Origin: a virus
Taxonomy: Duplodnaviria > Caudoviricetes
Reading direction: 5' to 3' (one strand)
DNA length: 29,295 bases
IMG/VR virus record: IMGVR_UViG_3300025607_000005
Coordinates: 1-29,295 of that record
The position numbers and the translations under genes were made by a program. Of the stretch, positions 1-8,598 are shown piece by piece. Position 1 is the first letter of the stretch. The number at the start of each line of letters is the position of its first letter. The notes below the pieces were generated by a model. The model ran no database searches. It saw only the letters and a list, made by a program, of their open reading frames with translations, and was not told the origin of the DNA.

Positions 1-132
1 TATAAAGCGGTAGGCGGACAAAAAGTAAATGTGTTGTTTTTCTCAACTCTTTTACTTGTGCGGTTGCAAAAAGCGTTGGCTTCTTTTTAAAACTTGCAAC
101 TAACAAGCGTATATAACAACTTTTACAGAAGC

Positions 133-360
133 ATGAAGCCAACAATAACCGTAGTTTATACTATAGAATATGTAATTGATTTTGCAAAACATTACGGTTT
201 CACAAAATGTAAAAAATGTTTCAATTTAAAATCAGGTCGTGAGATCAAACAAGTATTAAAAAGCGCTTGTATTGGTTACTATATTAATACAAGGTTCTAC
301 TCTCTTTCTAAACTGAGGAAACATCTGGTAAAACCTATAGTCAATAATTGTCCTTTCTAA
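133..360 (+). CDS. Small basic phage hypothetical protein (possibly NUMOD4-like)
   Basis: ORF 94..360; ATG at 133 preferred over TTG at 94; followed by a terminator hairpin. Confidence 0.55.
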   Translation: MKPTITVVYTIEYVIDFAKHYGFTKCKKCFNLKSGREIKQVLKSACIGYYINTRFYSLSKLRKHLVKPIVNNCPF

Positions 361-381
361 CTAAATCAACACCAATTATCA

Positions 382-415
382 AAAACCACCCAATAGGGTG
401 GTTTTGTTTTTTTTC
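382..415 (+). terminator. Intrinsic terminator
   Basis: AAAACCACCC-aata-GGGTGGTTTT followed by a T-tract. Confidence 0.8.
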
Positions 416-485
416 AAATCCTCGGACTCCTAAGATTAAAAAATTTATGCAAATTTTTTTTAGCAGAAAATATGGACAGTTGCGA

Positions 486-696
486 GTTCCACAGTTCCAC
501 ATACTTACTTATAATAGATTCTATCTATGTGATATATAGTATATTAAGTCTAAATAACAGTTGTTTAATTGTGTGGAAAAAGTGTGGGACTTGTGGAACT
601 ATTTTTTAAGGTTCCCACAAAAAAGACTCATTCCCACACTTTCCACGTACTTTAAAAAGTTAACTATTTGATAATCAGCGTGTGGGACTGTGGGAC
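486..696. repeat. Iteron-like cluster of TGTGG(G/A)A(C/A) octamers in both orientations; candidate replication origin
   Basis: GTTCCACA at 486 and 494; TGTGGAAA 572; TGTGGGAC 583, 681, 689; TGTGGAAC 592; TTCCCACA 612, 631; partial copy at 641. Non-coding AT-rich context. Origin function is inference. Confidence 0.7.
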
Positions 697-826
697 TTTT
701 TTACACGAAATACACTCCTTTTTCGAGCGTTTTACTGTTTTTTTTTCAAAAAAGATAAAAACTTTCATTTTTGAGTATGCTGTTATTCAATTCCTTATAT
801 TTACATAACCAATATTACTTACTAAA

Positions 827-1285
827 ATGATTGAAGTTTCTATTCCGGTACGTAGTCATGTAAAAAAGCACCTTGAAAAACGTTATGGAGCTGTGCATAC
901 GGTTTCTAAAAAATCTTTTATCGGAATTCTGGTATTAGAGCTACTGCATAAAAAGGTAGCAAAAATTGATAAAAGTATCAATACCAAGTCTTCCTATAGT
1001 TTTATGATTCCTGAGTATTATTTCAATACCAAAGGCTTCCAGTTAAACCCTGTGAAGGCTAAATTCCTTGGTAATTGCTTAGAAAAACTATTTTTTGAGG
1101 ATTTCTATTCTTTTGTAGATACGGAACTGGCAAAAGGCGATTTAAAAGCACGGGAAGCGGTTAGATTGTTTTTATGTATTTATGAAATTACGGAAGAAGA
1201 GGCAAAATTGGACAGCATGTACCGTAATTATCAGCGACATTGTAACGATAAAATTAAAGAAAAAAAGAAACTAATAGCATATTAA
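827..1285 (+). CDS. Basic phage protein, candidate late-gene transcriptional regulator
   Basis: 152 aa ORF; N-terminal strand-helix pattern (IEVSIPVRSHVKKHL) reminiscent of ribbon-helix-helix; lies just before the structural region; TATATTTA -7-like box at 796-803. Function inferred. Confidence 0.5.
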   Translation: MIEVSIPVRSHVKKHLEKRYGAVHTVSKKSFIGILVLELLHKKVAKIDKSINTKSSYSFMIPEYYFNTKGFQLNPVKAKFLGNCLEKLFFEDFYSFVDTELAKGDLKAREAVRLFLCIYEITEEEAKLDSMYRNYQRHCNDKIKEKKKLIAY

Positions 1286-1363
1286 TAGTTTAAAAACTCG
1301 GTAAGCCCTTGCAAATACTGACGGCAAAAAACGACACTTTTATAAAATAAATTTTTACTTATT

Positions 1364-1834
1364 ATGACATTTGATTGTACGGAACAATTAGGCGGAACTG
1401 CCGAATTAGATTTTTACTTATTGGAGGAAACAAGCAATTGGCCTGTTGTACTTACGGATCAAACTTCTGCGGATATTGTATTTACTCCCGAACCTGTTTC
1501 GGTAGCTGCTACTATTGATGAGGATAGTATAAAAGGATCTGCTACACAGCGTACTAAGGCAGAAGGTTCCTTATGGCGTATTAGTTTAAAGTTAAGTTTT
1601 ATTACGCGCTCGGAAGCCTTGGAGCAGTTGTTGGACCAGTACCAAAATAAACCAGGAGTGGTAAAATTAAAACTCAATAATGGTTTTCAGAAAATATTCG
1701 GTTCCAACACAAAACCATTATACATGAATTTTACGGTTGATGAAGGAGAAAGTATGGATGATAAAAAAGCAGCTACCAAAGTAACTATTAAAGGTATAAC
1801 TAGTCAGAGGCCAGTATATTACACCGTTATATAG
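1364..1834 (+). CDS. Tail-tube-like virion protein (apparent distant paralog of 4651..5217)
   Basis: Shared pattern: CTEQLGG vs CEPTSGL; NGFQKIFGSNTKPLY vs TGNMRQLGSKRLPAW; terminal VTI strand. Confidence 0.5.
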   Translation: MTFDCTEQLGGTAELDFYLLEETSNWPVVLTDQTSADIVFTPEPVSVAATIDEDSIKGSATQRTKAEGSLWRISLKLSFITRSEALEQLLDQYQNKPGVVKLKLNNGFQKIFGSNTKPLYMNFTVDEGESMDDKKAATKVTIKGITSQRPVYYTVI

Positions 1835-1837
1835 TGG

Positions 1838-1873
1838 TGTCCTATTTTATAAAGTAGTATCTCCTTAAAATTG
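1838..1873 (+). promoter_or_regulatory. Putative late promoter, copy 1 (TGTCCTATTTT-N17-TAAAATTG)
   Basis: Exact 11-mer repeated five times, each with a -7-like octamer 28 nt after its start. Confidence 0.75.
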
Positions 1874-1896
1874 TATTGTGCAAAAAGCATTATACA

Positions 1897-3207
1897 ATGA
1901 GTATAAACAATTTACATTCTCTTTTAAACGGCCGTTGGTTTATTAATGAAACTTACGGAAAAACATTGTTGCCATCTTTAGGTTTAATCTTAGATGGTAA
2001 TAATATTGTTGTAAAAGAATCAGACCGTAAGCCAGAAGCTTACACTCAAATTCAAGGAGCTACTCCTGTAGCTGCTACTGCTAAAAATAACAATCCACAA
2101 GAGAAGTATGTATTAATAATGGATTTAAAAAATCCTATTTATAAGTACAGTCAGGATTGTGGTCCAGAAGGAACGAAAAGCAAAATGAGACGCTTATCTC
2201 GTTATGCGAACGATCCGTTATGTGAAGGTGTTGTTTTAGATATTGATAGTGGTGGTGGTCAGGTTTCTGGAACTCCAGAATTTCATGATTTTTTAAAAAA
2301 CTACGACAAGCCAATTGTTTCTTATACTGATGGTATGATGTGTAGTGCAGCTTATTATATAGGTTCTGCTACTGATTATATTGTTGCAAACACCCGTGCT
2401 GATGCAATTGGTAGTATTGGAGTAATGATAAACTTTGTTGATTTAACAGGGTATTACGAAGCTAAAGGTGCTAAGGTAATTACTGAGTATGCAACAAAGT
2501 CTACAGAGAAAAACAGAGCCTACGAAGATTTAATAGGAGGTGATTCTGAAAAATATATTAAAGAACAATTAGATCCTATTAATGAGGTTTTCCATGCAGA
2601 TGTAAAATCTGCTAGGCCAAACATATCTAACGATGTGTTTACTGGTGCTGTTTGGGGTGGGTCAGATTCTTTAGATAAAGGATTAGTTGATGAACTAGGA
2701 ACACTACAAACTGCAATTGATAAAGTTTTTGAATTATCAGCAAAAAATAACCAATCAAATATAAATACAAATATGTCTACAGAACGTACAAAAGTACAGG
2801 CTGTTTTAGATTTGGATGCTCCGTTAGCAGTAAATGAGAACGGTAGTTATTTAAACGATGAGCAGTTGAATACTATGGAGAGTCATTTAGATACTCAGGC
2901 AACAACAATTGCCGGGTTAAATACTCAATTAGAAGCAGCTCAGAATAATACTGAATTGCAAGGTCAATTAACTGCTGCAACGGAAGCTGCATCAGCAACA
3001 GAAGTTTCTTTGGATGCGATGCTTACTGAAGCAGGATTAGCAGTTGAAGGAACTGTAACTGAAAAATTAACGGCATTATCAGCTAAAGTGCATACGATGG
3101 CTAATGCAGATGGGGCGGCTCATACAAAAGTAAAGTTGGACGCGGATAACGGTGCTGCTACTTCTAAAGTAGGTGGTGTTGATATTTCAGCAGCAATGAA
3201 TAATTAA
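1897..3207 (+). CDS. S49 (SppA/ClpP-like) prohead protease with C-terminal scaffold-like region
   Basis: DIDSGGG, CSAAYYIGS and IGSIGV motifs of the S49 family; Ala/Thr-rich coiled-coil tail; precedes capsid. ATG at 1897 preferred. Confidence 0.9.
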   Translation: MSINNLHSLLNGRWFINETYGKTLLPSLGLILDGNNIVVKESDRKPEAYTQIQGATPVAATAKNNNPQEKYVLIMDLKNPIYKYSQDCGPEGTKSKMRRLSRYANDPLCEGVVLDIDSGGGQVSGTPEFHDFLKNYDKPIVSYTDGMMCSAAYYIGSATDYIVANTRADAIGSIGVMINFVDLTGYYEAKGAKVITEYATKSTEKNRAYEDLIGGDSEKYIKEQLDPINEVFHADVKSARPNISNDVFTGAVWGGSDSLDKGLVDELGTLQTAIDKVFELSAKNNQSNINTNMSTERTKVQAVLDLDAPLAVNENGSYLNDEQLNTMESHLDTQATTIAGLNTQLEAAQNNTELQGQLTAATEAASATEVSLDAMLTEAGLAVEGTVTEKLTALSAKVHTMANADGAAHTKVKLDADNGAATSKVGGVDISAAMNN

Positions 3208-3228
3208 TTTTAAAAAACCATTTAAGAA

Positions 3229-4188
3229 ATGTCAGTTATCAAAACAGATTTAGTTGCCTCATTCGGTGACTTTTATTTAGAAGAAGGGCAGAACATGGAT
3301 CGTTTAAAGTCGGCTATTCGTCTGCCTTCTGTAACGCCATCTTTTGCAAAACCACTTATCACAGAGAGTGATGTGTACAGAAGTGCCAATGTAGTGTTAG
3401 GAGAAATTGTTCAGCAATTTCAAAAAGCCTTTACTACAAAAGGTGATTTAGATTTTAAACCGAATGAAATCAGATTGCGTAATGCAAAGGTTGATATTTC
3501 ATTATATCCAGATGATTTAAAAGCGTCATGGTTAGGATTTTTAGCTTCTTTAAAAGAGGAGGAAAGAGCTAAATGGCCAATTATTCGTTTCGCATTGGAA
3601 AACGAGATTGTTCCTCAAATTCCGCATGATCTGGAAACCAAAGCATACTTTAACGGTGTGTATGTAGCTCCAACTCCGGGAACTCCGGGAACTGCTGCAG
3701 GAACTATGGACGGTGTTAAAAAATTATTAGATGATGGTTTAACTGCAACTACTATGAATGCAGTTGCTTTAACGGCTGCTCCAACAGTTTCAAACATCTT
3801 TGATGGTGTTGAAGAATTTGCAGATAGTTTTGACGCTGCATTGTCTGGTACAAAAATGAGAGTTTACATGAGTGCTACTTGGTTAAGACGTTACTTTAGA
3901 GATAAGCGTAATACTCATGGTACTGACATCAATTATACAACTACAGGAATCCAATATGTTGATTTTATGCCGAATGTAGAGCTTGTTGGTTTACCAAGTA
4001 TGGAAGGTTCTGATTATATCTGGGCATCTCCAGTTGATAACTTTGTGCATTTACGTAAAGTAAATGGTATGAAAACTCCTAGAGTGGAGGAAAGCAAGCG
4101 TGAGTGTTTCTTAATGCTTGATTGGTCTGAAGGAATTGGTTTCTTATACAACCAATTAGTATATGTTTATAAACCTGTAGTAGTTTAA
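3229..4188 (+). CDS. Major capsid protein (probable)
   Basis: 319 aa, directly after the protease; TMDGVKKLL resembles the HK97-fold DG motif. Confidence 0.75.
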   Translation: MSVIKTDLVASFGDFYLEEGQNMDRLKSAIRLPSVTPSFAKPLITESDVYRSANVVLGEIVQQFQKAFTTKGDLDFKPNEIRLRNAKVDISLYPDDLKASWLGFLASLKEEERAKWPIIRFALENEIVPQIPHDLETKAYFNGVYVAPTPGTPGTAAGTMDGVKKLLDDGLTATTMNAVALTAAPTVSNIFDGVEEFADSFDAALSGTKMRVYMSATWLRRYFRDKRNTHGTDINYTTTGIQYVDFMPNVELVGLPSMEGSDYIWASPVDNFVHLRKVNGMKTPRVEESKRECFLMLDWSEGIGFLYNQLVYVYKPVVV

Positions 4189-4201
4189 TTTAAAGTTAGA
4201 T

Positions 4202-4648
4202 ATGTCAGAAAAAAATAATACAACATCAGCAGGAGAAGCTCTTGCTGATGTTAAAAATTTGCAAAAGCAGTTAGCGGATCAAGCTGCTAAAAATGAAAAA
4301 GCTATTAAAGCTAAAGATGTTGTAATTGAAAAGTTAACAGCTAAAGAAAAATTAGCTTATGATCAGTTTAATAGTCTTAAAAAAGAATTGGAAGTAGCCT
4401 CTACTTCAGTAAATTCTGATTTGGATGCTGCTAGAAGAGAAATAGCTGATTTAACTGGAAAGTTAGCAGCAGCTACAAATAAAACCAAAGCAGTAAAAGG
4501 TACTGTTTATGAGGTTGATGGTAAGAAATATGAAACTACCGTTAAGGAGTTCCGTTTTCAAGGGCAAAAAATTCAAGCAAATGATATTTCGGAAGAAGTA
4601 GTTGTTGCTTTAGTAGAAGGTGAATCGTTTATTTTAAAATCTATTTAA
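4202..4648 (+). CDS. Coiled-coil phage protein (head-associated?)
   Basis: 148 aa, Ala/Lys-rich helix plus small C-terminal domain; between capsid and tube genes. Confidence 0.6.
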   Translation: MSEKNNTTSAGEALADVKNLQKQLADQAAKNEKAIKAKDVVIEKLTAKEKLAYDQFNSLKKELEVASTSVNSDLDAARREIADLTGKLAAATNKTKAVKGTVYEVDGKKYETTVKEFRFQGQKIQANDISEEVVVALVEGESFILKSI

Positions 4649-4650
4649 TT

Positions 4651-5217
4651 ATGTCAGTTCTTGTATTAGAAGATATTGGAGATGAAAGTTGCGAGCCAAC
4701 ATCAGGTTTAGCATCAGAAGTACGTTACTCGTTGCATGGTGATTACACCACTATTGAAGATCCGTTAGATTTATGTGGTACTGTTAGTGCTACAAGTTAC
4801 ACGGAGTTAATTGAAATTCCTGCGTCTCCTGGTCATATTATGGCAACAGGAAAACAGATGCATAAAATGACTACCATTATCGAAACAGGTACTATAAAAA
4901 GTACTATGATTGGTGAGAAGGGTAGACGTTTATTTGAAAACGAATTAGTGGTTGAATTAGCAGGATCTAATTTGGAATTGTTAGGATTCCTACGTTGGAT
5001 TAAAAACCAAAAATTAGTATTTCATGTTGAAGAATTTGGAACTGGTAATATGCGTCAGTTAGGTTCAAAACGTTTACCTGCATGGGTAGAAGGTATTGAA
5101 CATGCTATTGAAGCAGCTGCAGAGGGTAAAAACTCTGTTACTATTACGTTAAAAGACAAACAAAAGTGGCCAGCTTCTGTTTATAAAGGAACAATGCAAG
5201 ACATACCAGTAGTGTAA
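4651..5217 (+). CDS. Major tail tube protein (probable)
   Basis: 188 aa beta-rich protein at the end of the capsid operon, before a strong terminator. Confidence 0.55.
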   Translation: MSVLVLEDIGDESCEPTSGLASEVRYSLHGDYTTIEDPLDLCGTVSATSYTELIEIPASPGHIMATGKQMHKMTTIIETGTIKSTMIGEKGRRLFENELVVELAGSNLELLGFLRWIKNQKLVFHVEEFGTGNMRQLGSKRLPAWVEGIEHAIEAAAEGKNSVTITLKDKQKWPASVYKGTMQDIPVV

Positions 5218-5238
5218 TTTTTTTTGAGTTAGTTAATT

Positions 5239-5274
5239 AAAAGCGTCTTAACCTTAGTTAAGACGCTTTTTTTT
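5239..5274 (+). terminator. Intrinsic terminator closing the capsid operon
   Basis: AAAAGCGTCTTAAC-ctta-GTTAAGACGCTTTT followed by more T. Confidence 0.9.
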
Positions 5275-5366
5275 ATTCCTTATAATTAGTGATTAGTGAA
5301 TCACTAGTATTGGGTATTTTTGAAAGTTTTAAGAAAATAATTCATTTTTTTGGGTAACGTTTTGTT

Positions 5367-5374
5367 TAGCTTTG
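5367..5374 (+). promoter_or_regulatory. Possible Bacteroidota -7 promoter element for the accessory operon
   Basis: TAGCTTTG matches TAnnTTTG; a second candidate, TATATTTA, lies at 5471-5478. Confidence 0.4.
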
Positions 5375-5514
5375 GAACTATAATAAAATAGCCGTTCTCA
5401 TTGTTTTTTGAGTGTTAAAAACTAATGGGTATTTATTGTTTTGTAATCAGGTAGTTACTGTTTTTTTGAATATATTTAATATTCAATATTATAAATTTTT
5501 AAACTACATTGATT

Positions 5515-5802
5515 ATGAAAAAAAGAGTACTATTTACCGCATTAACAGTTGTTTTATTTGGTTTAATTTCTTGTGAAGTAGAGGAAGACTACACTGTTAA
5601 TCAGGAGTATTTAACCGAAACAGGAATATTAGCAAGAGAAGGAGATGATTCAGGAAAGGACGAAGAGCCTGACCCGGATGATAGAGATAGACATGGTATA
5701 GATAAAGTAAATACCAAAAATTTTGATACTGCTTATGAGCAATACAGTAGAGAAGGAGACTCAGGAAAAGATGAGGAACCAGATCCAGACGATAGAGACT
5801 AA
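5515..5802 (+). CDS. Small lipoprotein-type precursor with two copies of an acidic core REGD(D)SGKDEEPDPDDRD
   Basis: MKKRVLFTALTVVLFGLIS-C20 signal peptide and lipobox; cores at 5635-5688 and 5749-5799 differ mainly at synonymous sites. Confidence 0.85.
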   Translation: MKKRVLFTALTVVLFGLISCEVEEDYTVNQEYLTETGILAREGDDSGKDEEPDPDDRDRHGIDKVNTKNFDTAYEQYSREGDSGKDEEPDPDDRD

Positions 5803-6559
5803 ATATAAAAAAATTGCTTTTTTAATATTCATAGGAGCTGTACTTTTTTGTGCAGCACCTTTTGTACATATGGATTTTGATAAAGTGCCTGAGATAACCA
5901 AATCGTTTAAGAAATCGATAAAATTGAAAGATAATGCGCTTTCGGATAAACAATTGGAGTTGCGTAAATCGTACGATGCAGGAAGTATTACTGCAACTAC
6001 ATATATTTCCGAGAATGATGTGTTAACTTCCGAAATTGAATCAGTTGAAAAAGAGAATGCTATTGCCTTAAAAAAACTAATTGATGATAATAGAGTGTTT
6101 GGCTTTAGTACAATGAGAAGGTTTTTAATTGGTTTTGGTATTCGTTTGCCTTACTTGTTTTTTTCTGTAGTAATATTATTACTCTCCCTACAAATCCCAA
6201 AAAAGAAATACATTACCCCAGCACTTGCTTTTTTAACTACAACATCCATGTTTATTAGTATGTATTTAATTACGTGGTTTTTGTGGGATAGTGATTTTCC
6301 TAAATACATATATCATACAGCAATTGCCGTTATATCTATACTATTAAGTGTTGCCGTTATTTATGGCTTATTACATGTAAATGTGAGTTTTAAAAAGCGC
6401 GACCGTATTATAAAAAATTGGATTGGCTTTACTATTAAAGCACAAAAAAATATAATTACCCCCCTAGTTAAATCTACTAACTTACAAGAAAAGGAAGCTT
6501 TGGCAGCTAAATATGATGCTGAAATGTGGACTAATCTTGACAATACTACTAAAGAATGA
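5771..6559 (+). CDS. Multi-pass membrane protein (N-terminal TM, ~85 aa soluble loop, ~3 further TMs, C-terminal tail)
   Basis: Hydrophobic runs IAFLIFIGAVLFCAAPF, LPYLFFSVVILLLSL, LAFLTTTSMFISMYLITWFLW, AIAVISILLSVAVIYGLL. ATG at 5771 overlaps the upstream peptide gene; exact start uncertain. Confidence 0.75.
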   Translation: MRNQIQTIETKYKKIAFLIFIGAVLFCAAPFVHMDFDKVPEITKSFKKSIKLKDNALSDKQLELRKSYDAGSITATTYISENDVLTSEIESVEKENAIALKKLIDDNRVFGFSTMRRFLIGFGIRLPYLFFSVVILLLSLQIPKKKYITPALAFLTTTSMFISMYLITWFLWDSDFPKYIYHTAIAVISILLSVAVIYGLLHVNVSFKKRDRIIKNWIGFTIKAQKNIITPLVKSTNLQEKEALAAKYDAEMWTNLDNTTKE

Positions 6560-6861
6560 ATACGGGAGAAAAACAACAAATAATAAATAAATTAGCTGCT
6601 AAGGGTTGGATTTCGGATGAAGATGTAAATGTTTTATCAGAATTAAATGATACTATTTTTAACCATCATACTGCTGAGGATACCAACACTGATGTAGATA
6701 AACTGTTTTTTAGCTTTATTGCTTCGGATGCTGCAGAACTTACTGAGGAACGACAATCGGTTATTGAAAGTTATATTCGCATGAAACGTTTGTTACATTG
6801 TTTAATTCACAAGGAACATCCTGATAACATAAACCAACTTAATTTTAATACTGGGTTTTAA
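6556..6861 (+). CDS. Small helical protein, paralog A of a three-member family
   Basis: Shares VL..L..TIF.H, D..F, RQS, KR..C..K..P with 8582..8839 and 20553..20819; ATGA overlap with upstream gene. Confidence 0.8.
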   Translation: MNTGEKQQIINKLAAKGWISDEDVNVLSELNDTIFNHHTAEDTNTDVDKLFFSFIASDAAELTEERQSVIESYIRMKRLLHCLIHKEHPDNINQLNFNTGF

Positions 6862-6864
6862 TTT

Positions 6865-7629
6865 ATGATAGAATTATTTAAAGAATTAATTGCTACTTCA
6901 AGGGAGCGATTGAAGAATCCTTTTGTGGGAGCGTTTGTAATGGCGTGGATTGCTGTTAATTGGAAGCCGATTTCTATTATGTTGTTTTCTACACAATCTG
7001 TTGAAGATAAAATTATTTTAATATCAAGCAAACACGAATTTATTAATAATAGCCTTTTAATACCAATAGGAATTGCGTTGGTTTATGTGGCTGTTTTACC
7101 TTATTTAATGGTAATGGTAGATGTGTTTGTTAAGTTTTCTGTAAGAATGCGGATGGCTATGAAGATAGAAGTGGATAGGGCAAATATTATTGGTAAGCAA
7201 GTACTTGTTGAAGAAGAAATTAAGTTAGAAGACTTGAAGGCCAGGAATATGGATAAAACTGAGTTGAATAACAAGATTGAAAGTTTAGAAACTGTGCTTA
7301 ATAAGCAGTCAGAGATTATTAATGGACATGTAACGTCTTTAAGTGAAAAAGAAACAGTTATTAAAGGTTTGGAGAAATTTAAAAATGATTCATTTGAAGT
7401 TAAGTACAAAGTATTCCAGAATTCATCTATCTATGAGTTTTTAAATGATATAGCTCTTGCAATTGCCGTAAAAGGTGATTTTCCTGAGGGGGTGACTGAT
7501 GATATTAAAAAACAAGCTATAAAGCAAGGTTTAGTTGTAAATGATAATGGCAATCCTTTTAAATATTCGTTATCAGATTTAGGCTCTCGTTTTTATGCTA
7601 GAATGAAGATAGATGAGAATAATAAATAA
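6865..7629 (+). CDS. Two-TM membrane protein with coiled coil and C-terminal domain (accessory)
   Basis: Two hydrophobic segments followed by a heptad-rich region. Confidence 0.7.
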   Translation: MIELFKELIATSRERLKNPFVGAFVMAWIAVNWKPISIMLFSTQSVEDKIILISSKHEFINNSLLIPIGIALVYVAVLPYLMVMVDVFVKFSVRMRMAMKIEVDRANIIGKQVLVEEEIKLEDLKARNMDKTELNNKIESLETVLNKQSEIINGHVTSLSEKETVIKGLEKFKNDSFEVKYKVFQNSSIYEFLNDIALAIAVKGDFPEGVTDDIKKQAIKQGLVVNDNGNPFKYSLSDLGSRFYARMKIDENNK

Positions 7630-7653
7630 CTAAGTAATAAAAATAAATTAACT

Positions 7654-8358
7654 ATGAAGAAAATAATTGTATTACTATTAGTGCTAAGTGTAAATGTGTT
7701 GTGTGCGCAAAGCAGGGTAAACAAAGTTATGGATTCGTTTGTGTCTGAATCAGAAAAGCTAACGTCTTTTATTGGTTGGGATCAAAACACAGGTACTGGG
7801 AAATGGATTGATAATAAAAATGTAATACATCATAAAATTTGCCCTGATTACTGGGTGTCCAGAATAGAACAGAATTTAGATTGGTTACAAGTGAAAACAT
7901 TAATTAAAAACAAGGTGAAATATTATGTTTTCTTGTATGAAAGACAATCTGGAAATTACAGGTATCCAAACATTAGAAAGGATTGGGAAAATCAAAAAAA
8001 CACTCACTTTTTTGTGTTAACAGCTACAGAATATAATTCGTTTAAATCTTCAATTGAATTAAAAGATGGTGTGAGTTTTATTGTTACTAGTAAAATTCAA
8101 GGGTATGTAACAGATAGGTTTCATTCGCTTGGGGGGAGTAGTTTATATAATGAAGCAAATTTATTAGCTAAGATTAACAACGAAATAGACAGTCCTTCAT
8201 ATTGGAGTTATAATATGGTTTTTAATTCACAGTTAACAGATGGATTGGAAGTTGTTCGTTTTCGTTTGCCCTCAAAATCGGATATGGAAAAGGATTATAT
8301 AAAAACTAGTTATTTTGAGAATAGATATGATGCTTTTAAAGTATTGTTAATTGATTAG
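7654..8358 (+). CDS. Secreted/periplasmic hypothetical protein
   Basis: MKKIIVLLLVLSVNVLCA-Q: typical Bacteroidota SPI signal with Gln at +1. Confidence 0.75.
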   Translation: MKKIIVLLLVLSVNVLCAQSRVNKVMDSFVSESEKLTSFIGWDQNTGTGKWIDNKNVIHHKICPDYWVSRIEQNLDWLQVKTLIKNKVKYYVFLYERQSGNYRYPNIRKDWENQKNTHFFVLTATEYNSFKSSIELKDGVSFIVTSKIQGYVTDRFHSLGGSSLYNEANLLAKINNEIDSPSYWSYNMVFNSQLTDGLEVVRFRLPSKSDMEKDYIKTSYFENRYDAFKVLLID

Positions 8359-8387
8359 TCACTAGTGAAAAACCACTATTTCAAAAC

Positions 8388-8425
8388 AAAAACCGATGCA
8401 TTATATTAGTGTATCGGTTTTTTTT
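8388..8425 (+). terminator. Intrinsic terminator
   Basis: AAAAACCGATGCA...TGTATCGGTTTTTTTT. Confidence 0.8.
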
Positions 8426-8426
8426 G

Positions 8427-8434
8427 TAGTTTTG
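8427..8434 (+). promoter_or_regulatory. -7 promoter element of RNA-switch cassette 1
   Basis: TAGTTTTG = TAnnTTTG; same relative position as TATCTTTG in cassette 2. Confidence 0.7.
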
Positions 8435-8437
8435 TAT

Positions 8438-8598
8438 AGCACAGAAATATGAAAACTATGATTTTCAAAAACATTTTTACTAATAATAAATCCTACGAGA
8501 GATGCGGTGTAAGTCCGTCCTTAACTTCGTTTTCGTTGTTTCTGTGCTCCACTCGTAGGTATTTTTTTAAATCTCATTATCATGCACAGAAACAACGA
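8438..8598 (+). ncRNA. Structured leader / C4- or CI-like antisense RNA element, copy 1
   Basis: Outer stem CCTACGAG (8492-8499)/CTCGTAGG (8552-8559); inner hairpin GCGG-TGTAAGT-CCGT; box 8533-8547 is the exact reverse complement of 8584-8598; 8539-8548 also pairs with 8438-8447. Confidence 0.75.

Noticed and set aside
1-125. Non-coding start with TTGCAACTAAC resembling an attC-like cassette boundary
   Set aside because: Single truncated instance; no partner site or second copy in the window.
349-358. TGTCCTTTCT as a sixth late-promoter copy
   Set aside because: Mismatched, inside a coding end, and followed by a terminator rather than a -7 box.
348-539. 63-aa ORF
   Set aside because: TTG start; runs through a terminator and the repeat cluster.
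486-696. CRISPR array or DnaA boxes
   Set aside because: Repeats are 8 nt, irregularly spaced and in both orientations; they do not match TTATCCACA; no cas genes.
5515-5802. Classical RiPP cluster or arbitrium aimP/aimR
   Set aside because: No modifying enzyme, transporter or TPR-HTH receptor nearby; kept only as an analogy.
8492-8559. tRNA or known riboswitch
   Set aside because: No D-arm, anticodon arm or TTC T-loop; no aptamer consensus that I recognise.
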